From: an uncultured virus (IMG/VR IMGVR_UViG_3300022660_000058)
Taxonomy: Duplodnaviria > Heunggongvirae > Uroviricota > Caudoviricetes
IMG/VR virus record: IMGVR_UViG_3300022660_000058
Strand: one strand, 5' to 3'
Length of the DNA stretch: 64,000 bases
In this document: piece by piece, positions 28,192 to 39,054 of the stretch
Position numbering within the stretch: position 1 is the stretch's first letter
How the letters are laid out: each line of letters opens with the position of its first letter
Translations under genes and position numbers: made by a program
Notes under the pieces: generated by a model
Told to the model about the DNA's origin: nothing
Database searches by the model: none
What the model saw: only the letters and a program-made list of their open reading frames with translations

Positions 28192-28238
28192 ATAAGTATA
28201 AGAATAATTAATAAACAACTAATAAAGGTGGTGACTTT

Positions 28239-28493
28239 GTGGATGACTTAAATAAATATTATGAATTAAATGATTTGCCTAATGATTTAGATAATGATAA
28301 TTCAAATATTGATAACGAAGAAAATTGTATAAATTGTTATTATAGTAATTTGGGGTATTGCCCTATTAAAAATAAAAATATAAATAAGTATACTCCAATT
28401 TGTTGGAGCTATAGAGATTGTTTGACTATGAGGGCAAGTAGTGATTTTCAAGATGATAATGAAGATTTTTATGAATATGAACAAGGAGAATGA
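28239..28493 (+). CDS. hypothetical acidic Cys-containing protein
   Basis: GGTGG RBS. Confidence 0.6.
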   Translation: MDDLNKYYELNDLPNDLDNDNSNIDNEENCINCYYSNLGYCPIKNKNINKYTPICWSYRDCLTMRASSDFQDDNEDFYEYEQGE

Positions 28494-28496
28494 ATT

Positions 28497-28886
28497 GTGA
28501 AAAGCAGACTTATAATGGATAGTGAAAACAACATTTATGTTGAATCAAAGAGACAAAAAGCATTTAGACAATTAAAAGAATACTATGAAAAGATGCAACT
28601 TGTTCAGCGTATGGCTGACGGAGAGGTTGACGAGGATGCTGTTATTGAAGAAGGTGCTAAAGTTAAGTTAAACTATGACAGTATTGTTAGTGACCCCAAT
28701 TATCCGAAAAAGGTACAGGGTTATAAGGATTTTGTAGAGAACAATAAAGATACTGTGTTTACAGTTGAGTATGATGAAAAATATCAAAACAAACCATTAC
28801 TCGTTATGTTAAAAGAAGATACAAACGAGGTTAAGTGGTTATGGCATACCAAGTATGATTTAATTATAGTAGAAGATGACAACTAA
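28497..28886 (+). CDS. hypothetical phage protein
   Basis: AAGGAG RBS. Confidence 0.7.
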   Translation: MKSRLIMDSENNIYVESKRQKAFRQLKEYYEKMQLVQRMADGEVDEDAVIEEGAKVKLNYDSIVSDPNYPKKVQGYKDFVENNKDTVFTVEYDEKYQNKPLLVMLKEDTNEVKWLWHTKYDLIIVEDDN

Positions 28887-28900
28887 GGGAGTGACACATA

Positions 28901-31690
28901 TTGCCTAATAGACAATATTATATTCTAAAGTTTAATTCGAGCTGGTTAAGAGAATTTGATTTTAATATACATATTACATTTGAACAGGCTCTTAAAAACA
29001 AAAAGGTTATTGCTTTGGCAGACAATCAAATGCTGAGAACTATTAGAGAGATTACTAATCATAATGTAGATATGGATAAAATCGAATTTCTCTTTCAGCA
29101 AAGAGATAAAATAAAATTAATGGATAGTAACAAGGAGAATATTTCCAAGATTAAATATTTACAAAAACAGATATATGGAAATCTTTATATTCCTGAGTTT
29201 GTTGTTGTATCAATCGAATCTGCAACGGATTACGATATAATGTTTGACAGAGGTTTATTCATTAATAACAAAAAGTATATAAGAACCTCTTGCTCTGCAT
29301 CGCAAGGCAGAGTAAGCAAGGTTGTTTTTTGTGAAGAAACTGTTGCTAAACAATTATTAGATATTCTTGATAATGGCAGAAATCATAATATTCCCTTTTC
29401 TCCAAGTAAGTACAATGCTTATTTGGGTACAGCTTCGTCAGCTACTAAAATAGTAACCACACCAAGATTCTGTGTTATTCCCGATTGCACACGCAATCAA
29501 GATGTTGATTGTTGGTGGGTTACTGAGGTAGACGATAAAAACAAAGACGATATTATTGATAAGAGAACTATAAATACTGAGTTTAATTTATTTGACGGTA
29601 ATGGACTTATCTCTCCCACTATGGCTCAACAATGGGCAGATGATTTAGGATTAGATTATCTCCCTGCTCAATGGTGTATTAGAGCAAGTTGGGTTAAGGG
29701 TATGGTTAATGTTTTTGATTTTCACCAATTCTGCAAGGAATATAATAATGGTAATTATATTATCAATACGGTTTATAAAGATAGTGACGGAAAGCCCATT
29801 CAAGTAGACCTTAGAGATATTGATGTAATATTAACCGAAAGCCAATTTAAATTATGGGATTCTTATAGTAGCTTAGAAGAATATCAATATAATTCAAAGA
29901 AGAATAGCTTAAATTGGGGCGTTTCATTATATACTCCCAAACAAGACAAAGATATTTTAAATTTAAATTATCAGTTTATTCAAACATTAAATCTTGATAA
30001 AGAAAAAGTTGAGAAATTATGCGAACAAACTGTTGAGTATTTTAATGGGGTATCTCTTGAAAATTATTGGTATACAATTTTATTCTTAATGGGAAATAAT
30101 TTAGATAATGAAAAATTATCTAATTTTTTATATAACTCAAACAATAATTGGCTCAAAAGTTTGGTTGTGGATAAGAATTTAATCAAAGATAAATATATCA
30201 GAGAAAAAATCTTTGAAAATATTAAAGTGAAATTAGACAATGCTTGTATGGGCAGAATCTTAGTTGACGGTAATTTTCAAGTTATTGTTCCTGATAGTTT
30301 TGCTTTTATGGAACACGCTTGTGGATTAGAGGTAAAAGGTTTAATACCTTCGGGAAGTTTTTATTCTAACTATTGGAATAATAAAAATGCAACCAAAATT
30401 GACTGTATGCGTTCTCCCCTCACCTATCTATCTGAACATCAGGTTTATGATTTATATAAAAATGATTTGACAGAAAAATGGTTTAAATATAGTTATACAG
30501 GTATCATTACTAATATTTACGATGATTACACTTTGCATTTTGGTGGCAGTGATTTTGACTATGATATTTTGGCTACCACAAATAATGAGATTATGGTTAA
30601 TAATACTTATACAAGCGATATGCCTGTTGTTGGCAAGGTCGAAAAACCTAAGAAATGGCTTTTTGAACCTAAAGATTTACAGGTGGCAGACAAATTCACT
30701 TTTGGCTCTATTATTGGACAAATCACTAATAATGTTACAACTATTAGATGTTTAATGGCTGACTTTGGTGAGAACAGCGAAGAGTATCAAATTCTTATTA
30801 ATAGAATGAGAATGGGTTGTAAATTGCAGAGCTTACAGATAGATAAGGCAAAAATTGGTCGTGCCGTAAAGGGTATCCCAACGGTGTGGAAAAAATGGCA
30901 AAAAATTACCGAAGAAGATACCGAAGAGGAAATCAAAGAAAAACAATTATTCAATTCTATCCTTTGTGATAAGCATCCTTACTTTTTTATTTATTTATAT
31001 AAAACCACAAAAAATAAATATAAAAAATGGTTGAAGGATTATGATACAAGCTGTAAAACTCGTTGGAATGTAAGTGTTACAGAATTAGAGGGCATAGAAA
31101 ATAAAACCGAAGAACAGATTGCATTTTTGGAAAGATATTATAAAGCTTGCCCTGTTATTGATAATGGCTCTGCTATGAATGTGTTATGTCATTATATGGA
31201 GGGTATTAAAAATAATATCAAAATTAATATTAAAGACCGTTCCAATATGTCTTATATTGATTCATATAAAAAAATCCTTGATGATGAAATTGATAGCAAT
31301 ACATACAACAAGGTTTATAAGATTATTAAAGAATTAAGAGAAACACTTAGAACCTCAGTGAGCAGTAATTCCAATAAAAATGATTACTGTAATGAGTTTA
31401 ATAATGACTTTAGTAATATATATGAAATATATAAAAATAAGTTGTTTAATATATGTTCAAATCAAGATGTTCTTATTAATTGTTTAATTGATATTTTTTA
31501 TATTGATTTTCCAAGTTATAACAAGGATATTTTATGGAATTTATTTGGCGATGAAATATTTTTAAATGTTGTTAAAAATAATCCACAAATTATTGACTAC
31601 CCTGTTTTAGATGAAGGTGGAGATATTTTATATTTGGGTAAAAGATATAAAGTTGAACAATTTGAAATTAAAGGTGGTGGCAGTAAATGA
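28901..31690 (+). CDS. YonO-type single-subunit (two-barrel) phage RNA polymerase
   Basis: FDGNGLIS, IRASWVKG, ILTESQFK, RSPL, GSDFDYD, QIDKAK; precedes HU, terminase and capsid genes as in SPbeta. Confidence 0.88.
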   Translation: MPNRQYYILKFNSSWLREFDFNIHITFEQALKNKKVIALADNQMLRTIREITNHNVDMDKIEFLFQQRDKIKLMDSNKENISKIKYLQKQIYGNLYIPEFVVVSIESATDYDIMFDRGLFINNKKYIRTSCSASQGRVSKVVFCEETVAKQLLDILDNGRNHNIPFSPSKYNAYLGTASSATKIVTTPRFCVIPDCTRNQDVDCWWVTEVDDKNKDDIIDKRTINTEFNLFDGNGLISPTMAQQWADDLGLDYLPAQWCIRASWVKGMVNVFDFHQFCKEYNNGNYIINTVYKDSDGKPIQVDLRDIDVILTESQFKLWDSYSSLEEYQYNSKKNSLNWGVSLYTPKQDKDILNLNYQFIQTLNLDKEKVEKLCEQTVEYFNGVSLENYWYTILFLMGNNLDNEKLSNFLYNSNNNWLKSLVVDKNLIKDKYIREKIFENIKVKLDNACMGRILVDGNFQVIVPDSFAFMEHACGLEVKGLIPSGSFYSNYWNNKNATKIDCMRSPLTYLSEHQVYDLYKNDLTEKWFKYSYTGIITNIYDDYTLHFGGSDFDYDILATTNNEIMVNNTYTSDMPVVGKVEKPKKWLFEPKDLQVADKFTFGSIIGQITNNVTTIRCLMADFGENSEEYQILINRMRMGCKLQSLQIDKAKIGRAVKGIPTVWKKWQKITEEDTEEEIKEKQLFNSILCDKHPYFFIYLYKTTKNKYKKWLKDYDTSCKTRWNVSVTELEGIENKTEEQIAFLERYYKACPVIDNGSAMNVLCHYMEGIKNNIKINIKDRSNMSYIDSYKKILDDEIDSNTYNKVYKIIKELRETLRTSVSSNSNKNDYCNEFNNDFSNIYEIYKNKLFNICSNQDVLINCLIDIFYIDFPSYNKDILWNLFGDEIFLNVVKNNPQIIDYPVLDEGGDILYLGKRYKVEQFEIKGGGSK

Positions 31691-32493
31691 TTAGTGTTTT
31701 TGATGAAGAACAATACGCATTAAATGTTTTAAAGAACGGATTAAATCAAAATAAAAAAGGTTTAGATATTTTTATACTTGCAAAATATTATAAGTTTAAA
31801 TGCAATCATAACAAAAAAGAGTGTAAAGATTTATTAGTACAATTTTGCAAAACTCAGGTTGATGATTATGATAATTCAGATTTATATAAGAATGTAAATT
31901 ATGCGGTAAATACTGTATATAAAAAGGATATAAAATTTTTAGATATTGATTATATAGAATTTAACGAATATGAGCTTTCTTATATTAAATCTTTAAATAT
32001 CTCTCCTGTTGGCAAACAGGTGTTATTCGGATTGTGGTGTTGTAATAAGTTAAATATAAAAGCCGATAAATCAGATAAATGGGTCAATATCACTTATTCA
32101 GAATTAAAGAAATTTTGTAATTTATCAAATGGTAATATGATTAAAATTATGAATGAGCTATATGTTAATGATTTAATTTTTATTAGTGATAGTTGTGCCA
32201 TATGTTTAACATTCTTAGATAAGTATAATGAATATGTAGGAAAGATAGATATAAAAAATAAAAACCTCCCCTCTCCTATTGATAGTTATTGTATATATGA
32301 TTTTACAACTTGTGGTTTATGGTGGAGAAGATTTAACGGTGATAAGAAAATTATTGCTTGTGCAGAGTGCGGAATCCTTACCATTAGAAATAGTAATAGA
32401 CAAAAATATTGTAAAGAGTGTGCGAGAGACAAAGAATTAAATAGTAAAATTCTATATAATCAGGAATATTATCGTAAGCATAAAAATGATTAA
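31687..32493 (+). CDS. RNAP-adjacent protein with C-terminal zinc ribbon
   Basis: ATGA-coupled; CAECG...QKYCKEC. Confidence 0.75.
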   Translation: MISVFDEEQYALNVLKNGLNQNKKGLDIFILAKYYKFKCNHNKKECKDLLVQFCKTQVDDYDNSDLYKNVNYAVNTVYKKDIKFLDIDYIEFNEYELSYIKSLNISPVGKQVLFGLWCCNKLNIKADKSDKWVNITYSELKKFCNLSNGNMIKIMNELYVNDLIFISDSCAICLTFLDKYNEYVGKIDIKNKNLPSPIDSYCIYDFTTCGLWWRRFNGDKKIIACAECGILTIRNSNRQKYCKECARDKELNSKILYNQEYYRKHKND

Positions 32494-32629
32494 GGGGTAT
32501 TAGAAAAAGTAAAAATTTATAGATTTTTTCTATAAAAATTCACACCTTGGTTTTATTTACTAATTATGAGAGAATAAGATTTTTCTCAAATAAATAAAAT
32601 AAAATTTTAATAAAAAGGTGTGAATTATT

Positions 32630-32821
32630 TTGAAGCAAATTAGTCGTGAAGAGTTTACAGAAATGATGGAGCTTGGTTTTTTAAAACAAGGTGAATGGAC
32701 TCAGACGATGAAAAAACATTCTAAGGGCAAACGCCATAAGAAATATGTTGTTGAATATAAATACGACAGATATTTAAAGTGGAAAAACGCTCAGAAAAAG
32801 AAAAACGAAAATAAAGAATGA
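32630..32821 (+). CDS. small basic hypothetical protein
   Basis: AAGGTG RBS. Confidence 0.6.
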   Translation: MKQISREEFTEMMELGFLKQGEWTQTMKKHSKGKRHKKYVVEYKYDRYLKWKNAQKKKNENKE

Positions 32822-32836
32822 AAAGGATGAAACTTT

Positions 32837-33154
32837 TTGAATAGAGTATATTTAAAAAAAGATATAGTTAGGTATCTTGGAAGAAATAGTGGATACTCTC
32901 AGGCTGTATGTGAAGAGGTTTTAGACTCATTTGGTGATTTATTGGTAGAGGCAGTTGAAAATGGTGATAGAGTTCAACTTTATGGAATAATTGATGTTGA
33001 AACACAATTTGTACCTGAACACTTCCGAACCGACCCAAGAGACAATACAATTCGTGTAGAGGTTAAAGATAAGTATAAATTAAAAGTATCCGCTGGCAAA
33101 AGATTAAGAGATGCCGTAAAACAAACTATGATAAAGGTTGGCAAGCCTGAATAA
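32837..33154 (+). CDS. HU/IHF-family DNA-binding protein
   Basis: GDRVQLYG...RTDP...AGKRLRDAV. Confidence 0.85.
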   Translation: MNRVYLKKDIVRYLGRNSGYSQAVCEEVLDSFGDLLVEAVENGDRVQLYGIIDVETQFVPEHFRTDPRDNTIRVEVKDKYKLKVSAGKRLRDAVKQTMIKVGKPE

Positions 33155-33176
33155 TTAAAATTAAAATTTAAATTTA

Positions 33177-33204
33177 AGCATCTATTTTTTAATAGGTGCT
33201 TTTT
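33177..33204 (+). terminator. rho-independent terminator
   Basis: AAGCATCTATT...AATAGGTGCTT followed by a T run. Confidence 0.7.
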
Positions 33205-33228
33205 GTATTGTGAGGTATTAAATAGATT

Positions 33229-34203
33229 ATGGATTTAAACAAAATGCCAAACGAAAGTGAATTTGAATGGAAATTCAGACTTTGCAGAGCAAAGATTAAT
33301 AAGGAAATTGATTTAGATTGGCAAGAAATAATTAATATTCTTAATTTAGATTGCAGTGTTGATTATTTAAGACATAGAGCTTATGGTTGGGTAGATTATT
33401 ATAATTACTTACATAATGACAACAATGTAGCTACAAGAATATTAAGTATAAGTGATTTACACATCCCCTTTAATCTTCCATTGGAAACATTTAGAGATTA
33501 TGTGGGTATAACAGATATTCTTGTTTTAAATGGTGACATAGAAGATTGTCAATCAACTTCTAAGTTTTCCAAAAAATACAGAGTACCCATTGTTGATGAG
33601 ATGGTTATGACTCGTCAATATATGATTGACCTTATTAAAATGATTAAACCTAAAAAGGTAATTATTGTAAAAGGAAATCACGAACATAGATTAGGTAGGT
33701 ATCTTTCTGACAGGTTAAATGAAGATTTAATGAATCTTATGCCTGATACCCCTATGGATTTAATTGTTAATGACGGTTTTAAAAATAAAGACCGTTTTAA
33801 TAAAACTGAAACTTGGTATTCACCTTTAACAGAAGTATTTAAAGATGAAAATGTCGAGATTTCATATACAGGTGAATGGTATAGAAAAGTTGGTAAAACA
33901 CTTTTCGTTCACCCTATGAGCTATTCAAGCGGTATGTTAAAGACAACTGAAAAGGCAGTTGAATATTTCCTTAGAAAAGACAGAGATTTTTCAAGTATCG
34001 TTTTGGCTCATACTCACAAGTTAGGTCAGTATGTTCAAGGAAATATAGAGATGTATGAGCAAGGTTGTTGTTGCGATGTAAGCAAATTAGATTATGGTGA
34101 TGGATATTTAACTATTCCACCACAAAAAGGTTTTATTTATGTATGTCAAAATGCCGATGGTGAACTTATATCTGACAAAACTAAATTAGTTAGGATAGAT
34201 TAA
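33229..34203 (+). CDS. calcineurin-like metallophosphoesterase
   Basis: DLH, NGD, GNHE, AHTH motifs. Confidence 0.88.
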   Translation: MDLNKMPNESEFEWKFRLCRAKINKEIDLDWQEIINILNLDCSVDYLRHRAYGWVDYYNYLHNDNNVATRILSISDLHIPFNLPLETFRDYVGITDILVLNGDIEDCQSTSKFSKKYRVPIVDEMVMTRQYMIDLIKMIKPKKVIIVKGNHEHRLGRYLSDRLNEDLMNLMPDTPMDLIVNDGFKNKDRFNKTETWYSPLTEVFKDENVEISYTGEWYRKVGKTLFVHPMSYSSGMLKTTEKAVEYFLRKDRDFSSIVLAHTHKLGQYVQGNIEMYEQGCCCDVSKLDYGDGYLTIPPQKGFIYVCQNADGELISDKTKLVRID

Positions 34204-34215
34204 GGAGTGATATAA

Positions 34216-35442
34216 GTGGCAAGACCAAAAGGAACTAAAAAAGCTAAAACCGTAACCGATGACCGTTTTCAAGTACAAGAAGCTAAAACTCCTTTGTGCC
34301 TTAATTGCGGTACAAACGGTAAGGTAAACTCCTTTTACATTTCTAATAATGCTACACATATACACAACTCTTGTCGCCTCCCCTATTGTAAAGAATGTCT
34401 TGAAACATTTTATCAAGAATATTATAAAAAAACAGGTCGTAGTGATTTGGCAATTTTTTATTTGTGTAGAAAATGTGATGTATTTTTTTCAACAAAAGTT
34501 TTTGAAGGTGCAGAAAGTGCTTCATTAAAAATGAATCAATCTTTGGTTTCTTGTTACTTCCGTATGCTCAATTCTATTAAAGATAATGCAGGTTTTAAAG
34601 ATAACTTTAATGATTCTGCAAACTTTCTTGATTTAGAGATTTTAGAGGATAAATACCGCAGTGGTAAAATTGAAATTGGTGGCAACACTGTTTCAGTTGT
34701 AGCTCCTGATGTGTGGACTGAGGAAGATGAGATAAATAAAAAAGACTGTATTAAAATGTTGGGTTATGACCCATTTTTTGATAATACAACTTCAGAACAG
34801 AAGTTTCTTTATAATACTCTCCTACCCTTTCTTGATGATGCAACATTGGAAGATGCTTTTAAATTACCCATTGTTATAGAAGTCGTTAAGTCTCTTGGAC
34901 AGGTAGAAAAATTAAATAAAACTTTTAACTCAATGATGGCTTCGGCAGAGAATATTGAGGAAAATGCTTCTAAAATTTCAAGCTTGGTCGGCTCTAAAGA
35001 TAAGCTATATCGTAGTATTCTTGCTATGGCAAAAGATAATGGTATTTCAGTCAACCACGCTTTAAACAAATCTCAGGGTGCAGGAACACTGAGCAGAATT
35101 GTTAAAGAGTTAGAAGAGATTGGACTTAGAGAAGCTAAAATGAACTTGTTTGATATAGAAACAAGTGAATCAATGAAGCAAGTACAAGATATAAGCAATA
35201 AATCTTTAATGGAACAAATCAATCTTCAAGAATCTGAACTGTGGGATATGATTGCTGAATTAAGAGAAGTCAGAATTAAATTAGATAATAAAGTAAATGA
35301 ATTAACTGAATTACTAAGATTAGAAAGAGTAAAAAATTCTGACTTATTAAATATACAATCTCAAATGAAAGAATATATTGAACAGCTTGAAGAAAAATAT
35401 AATAAATTAAATAATTCAAAATATAGACAAGTAGATAGTTAA
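34216..35442 (+). CDS. zinc-finger/coiled-coil protein preceding the terminase (possible small subunit)
   Basis: CLNC..CKEC, C-terminal coiled coil, position. Confidence 0.6.
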   Translation: MARPKGTKKAKTVTDDRFQVQEAKTPLCLNCGTNGKVNSFYISNNATHIHNSCRLPYCKECLETFYQEYYKKTGRSDLAIFYLCRKCDVFFSTKVFEGAESASLKMNQSLVSCYFRMLNSIKDNAGFKDNFNDSANFLDLEILEDKYRSGKIEIGGNTVSVVAPDVWTEEDEINKKDCIKMLGYDPFFDNTTSEQKFLYNTLLPFLDDATLEDAFKLPIVIEVVKSLGQVEKLNKTFNSMMASAENIEENASKISSLVGSKDKLYRSILAMAKDNGISVNHALNKSQGAGTLSRIVKELEEIGLREAKMNLFDIETSESMKQVQDISNKSLMEQINLQESELWDMIAELREVRIKLDNKVNELTELLRLERVKNSDLLNIQSQMKEYIEQLEEKYNKLNNSKYRQVDS

Positions 35443-35454
35443 GGCGGTGGTTAA

Positions 35455-37305
35455 ATGGAATTTTATGTTCAAAAAACCACCAAAGAGCTAACAACAAAAA
35501 AATTAGAGGCTTATCAGAAGTGGACTGAAATTCGTCTTTGGGGATTTCGCCAACCTGTTAAGTTTGCTGAATTTATTCTTGGCATAGAATTTCTTGATGC
35601 TCAAAAGCTCGTTTTTATGAACTCTTGGACTAAGAAATATATTTTATGGGCTATGTCAAGAAACGCAGGTAAGTCATTTATGACAGCACCATTTGTAGTT
35701 TGTAAACAATTATTAATTCCAAATCATCAAACATACTTTTTATCAGGTACACACGAACAGTCTATCAACACTATTAAAAAGATAGAAGATATTGCTAAAA
35801 AAAGAATATCGAGTGTTACAGGATTAACAGATGTGCTTGATTCTGAAATTGTTAAAAATGTTGCAAATACAAGTGGTTTTTCACATTTACCAAGTGGTTG
35901 GAGATATACATTGTTTAACGAGGCTCACGGCAGAAGCTTATCATCTGACTATGACCGCAACAGAGGTTATCGTTCAAATCTCAATGTTTATGATGAATGT
36001 GGTTTCCTCGATGAGAGATTAATTACCAATACTCTCCCCTTCTTAACACAGGATTCCTCATTTGCTTTAGGTAAAAATATTGATATTGAATTAGAGCCAA
36101 TTAAAATGCCTAATCAAGCATTGTTGTGTTCTTCGGCAGGTGATATGGATAAATATTTCTACAAAGCATATAAAAATTGGTCAAAACAAATGATTATGGG
36201 AAATCCTAATTATTATGTTGCTGATATAAATGCAGATGTAGTATTACACCCATATTACAATGGTAAACCTTATGCAAAAGCACTTTTAACACAAGAAGTT
36301 ATTGATGATGCTATGAGACAGAATAAAACTAAAGCAATGCGTGAGTATTATAATAAGTTTGACTCTGTTGGTGGAGATAATCAACCTTTTAAAAGAAGTG
36401 CAATTATTGCTAATTCAGAATTTAGAATACCTGAGTTATTTAACGATGGGTCTGATAAAAATGTTAAATGGGCTTTGTGTTATGACCCTGCAAGAAAAGC
36501 CGACAACTCAATTTGTTTAGTGTGCAAATATTATAGAGATGAAAAAGTTGGTTGGAAAATGAAAATAGTTAATTGTATTTTATTTGCCGACATTTTTAAA
36601 AAGGATAAAACACCTTGCCAAGTTACAACTCAGCTTGCAAAGTTAAAAGAATTGATAGTTGCATATAATGGCAATGGTTTTGCAGAGTGGGAAAATGTAA
36701 CCGTGTTAATTGATAGTGGTTCAGGTGGTGGTGGTCAGTTTTATGCTGACTTCTTATGTGAAGATTTTGAAACAAAAGACGGTGTTAAGCACAGAGGACT
36801 TATAGATGATATTGAAATGAAAGAATATGTTAGTCGTTTCCCAAATGCTTACCCTGCTTTAAAACTTATGTCACCTCCCAAATGGAAAGTAACAATGTTT
36901 AACAATGCTTTAGAAATGTTAAAATTGAATTTAATATCTTTTACAGAATCTTATGATGGTAAGGGTATGCTTACAATTACAGAAGAAGATAAAAATAATA
37001 AGGGTGAACAAATATCCAAAACTTATGATTTATCTTTTGAAGAAGAAATGGCATTGATAAATATTGATTTGTTAAAAGAAGAAGTTGTTGCAATGTGTAG
37101 ATATGAAAACGGTAATGGCGGTTATCGTTGGGATATTACCGAAGATAAAAAATGGACAACAAGTGGTTATGACGATAGAGCTTATTGCTTCGCTATGGCA
37201 GGACATTATTTATGGGAATTAAGACATAAAGATACTATTTTAAGAAATGAAGATAAATCTGATTTGTCTGATGCACCCTGTTGTGTTTCGACAATAGATT
37301 TTTGA
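35455..37305 (+). CDS. terminase large subunit
   Basis: SRNAGKS Walker A, RGYR..VYDE Walker B, CSSA, YDPA, YDDRAY nuclease motifs. Confidence 0.92.
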   Translation: MEFYVQKTTKELTTKKLEAYQKWTEIRLWGFRQPVKFAEFILGIEFLDAQKLVFMNSWTKKYILWAMSRNAGKSFMTAPFVVCKQLLIPNHQTYFLSGTHEQSINTIKKIEDIAKKRISSVTGLTDVLDSEIVKNVANTSGFSHLPSGWRYTLFNEAHGRSLSSDYDRNRGYRSNLNVYDECGFLDERLITNTLPFLTQDSSFALGKNIDIELEPIKMPNQALLCSSAGDMDKYFYKAYKNWSKQMIMGNPNYYVADINADVVLHPYYNGKPYAKALLTQEVIDDAMRQNKTKAMREYYNKFDSVGGDNQPFKRSAIIANSEFRIPELFNDGSDKNVKWALCYDPARKADNSICLVCKYYRDEKVGWKMKIVNCILFADIFKKDKTPCQVTTQLAKLKELIVAYNGNGFAEWENVTVLIDSGSGGGGQFYADFLCEDFETKDGVKHRGLIDDIEMKEYVSRFPNAYPALKLMSPPKWKVTMFNNALEMLKLNLISFTESYDGKGMLTITEEDKNNKGEQISKTYDLSFEEEMALINIDLLKEEVVAMCRYENGNGGYRWDITEDKKWTTSGYDDRAYCFAMAGHYLWELRHKDTILRNEDKSDLSDAPCCVSTIDF

Positions 37306-37373
37306 CATTGCAAATAAACATTATAAAATTAAAAATAATTTTTAAACTTTATTCAGAAAGGAAGTGAGATTTA

Positions 37374-39041
37374 TTGAACGATGAGAATTTTGATGTAAAA
37401 ATACCACCTCTCGTAAGTAGTGTTGATGATAATACGGTTATTGTTACGGAGGTAGATGGAAGTTCTAATATAAAACCCAAACCAAAGACTGAATGGGATA
37501 CATCTAATTATGATTTTGAGCAAAAGAGACACACATACTCTCGTTATCTTGGTGGCGAAGAAAATGTTTCCAATAATACTCTTACCCTTTCTGATATTGA
37601 TGATTACTCAGATAATCCACAAAATAGCTTAGAAGATATTAGAAATATAAATAGTATTGTTAAGCGATATGTTAATAAAGATGATATTATTGGCAAGGTT
37701 TATGAATGTGTTCAGATTTATACAAACACTCAACACTCGTTAAAATATTCTACTCTTATTAATGATAAAAATAAAAATAAAAATAAATTAGATAAAACTG
37801 TTAAACCTTTAATTGAAAAGTTTAATCAAAAAGTTAATATAGAAAAGTTTATTAAAGATGGTACTTTGGAAAGCTTTTTAAGTGGTAATTTTATTTCGTA
37901 TTTAAGAACCGACAAAAAGACAGGTAGAGCAGTCATTGATTGCTACCCTCTTTCCATTGTTGAAATTACAGAGTATTTAATTGATGGTGAACCTGTGGTT
38001 ATATTTAATGTTGGTGATTTACGAAGTAAACTTAGACCAAAATCACGAAAAAAGAAAAATGGTCAAGATATTTTCTTTGATAAAGCAGACCAAATTGTTA
38101 AAGAAAACTACCCACCTGAAGTTTATGATGCTTATATGAAAAATGAAAAATATGTCATACTCGACCCTAAAAGAGTCGGTTTGGTTAGGATAAACAATTT
38201 GGGTGGACTTTACGGCTTAACACCAATTTTTAAAGCACTTAAACCTGCTTTAATGTTAGAAAGTATAGAAAATGCAGATGAGACTATTGTTAAAGTTCGT
38301 GCAAAGAAAATTGTACATCAGAAATTAAGAAAAGAAATTGCAGGTACAGACTATACAAAGAAAGCTTTGGATGAAATGCAATATGCTCATACCAACTTGA
38401 TAAGTGCTTGGAAAAATAAAACTGTACTTATTACAACACCTTGGTTTGTTGAATCTATACAATATATATCTGACAACACATCGTTAACAGATACAGATAC
38501 TTTAAAAACATATCGAAGCAGAGTGTTTAATGCTTTGGGTATTAACTTTATGGACACAGAGGCAGATTTAAACCTGTCAAATGTTTCTATTAAAGACTTA
38601 ATGAAAACTATTGATAAGATAGCTGAAAGTTTAGCAGATGTTATTAATAAATACTACAAAGTATTATTAGAAGAAAATAATGTTGACCTTTCATTTGCAC
38701 CTGAAATTCAAATTTCTACAAGCGAATTACTTAGTTTAGAAATGAGACAGTCGTTGGTAACTTTCTTACATACTACCCTTGGGGCAAGCTATGATACTTG
38801 TTATAACATTCTTGGTGTAAGTAGTGCAAACACAGAGGCAATTAAACGCCAAGAGGAAAAAGAAAAAGGTATTGAAGAGGCTTTAGCTCCACACGAAAAT
38901 TTCTTTAATCAAACTAAGAATGGTACTACCAATACAAATAATACCGAAGGTACAAATCAAGGTGATGGTAGACCCAAAGCAAAAGTAGAAACAAAAAAGC
39001 AGAAATATGATTCTGTGAGAAACGAAAGCAAAGTTGAATAA
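37374..39041 (+). CDS. portal protein
   Basis: Position after terL, 555 aa, YGLTP motif, GRP tail. Confidence 0.8.
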   Translation: MNDENFDVKIPPLVSSVDDNTVIVTEVDGSSNIKPKPKTEWDTSNYDFEQKRHTYSRYLGGEENVSNNTLTLSDIDDYSDNPQNSLEDIRNINSIVKRYVNKDDIIGKVYECVQIYTNTQHSLKYSTLINDKNKNKNKLDKTVKPLIEKFNQKVNIEKFIKDGTLESFLSGNFISYLRTDKKTGRAVIDCYPLSIVEITEYLIDGEPVVIFNVGDLRSKLRPKSRKKKNGQDIFFDKADQIVKENYPPEVYDAYMKNEKYVILDPKRVGLVRINNLGGLYGLTPIFKALKPALMLESIENADETIVKVRAKKIVHQKLRKEIAGTDYTKKALDEMQYAHTNLISAWKNKTVLITTPWFVESIQYISDNTSLTDTDTLKTYRSRVFNALGINFMDTEADLNLSNVSIKDLMKTIDKIAESLADVINKYYKVLLEENNVDLSFAPEIQISTSELLSLEMRQSLVTFLHTTLGASYDTCYNILGVSSANTEAIKRQEEKEKGIEEALAPHENFFNQTKNGTTNTNNTEGTNQGDGRPKAKVETKKQKYDSVRNESKVE

Positions 39042-39054
39042 GGTGGTGATTTAA

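Noticed and set aside
28901..37305. Inteins or introns in the RNA polymerase or terminase
   Set aside because: Lengths are ordinary, frames are continuous and no intein motifs were seen.
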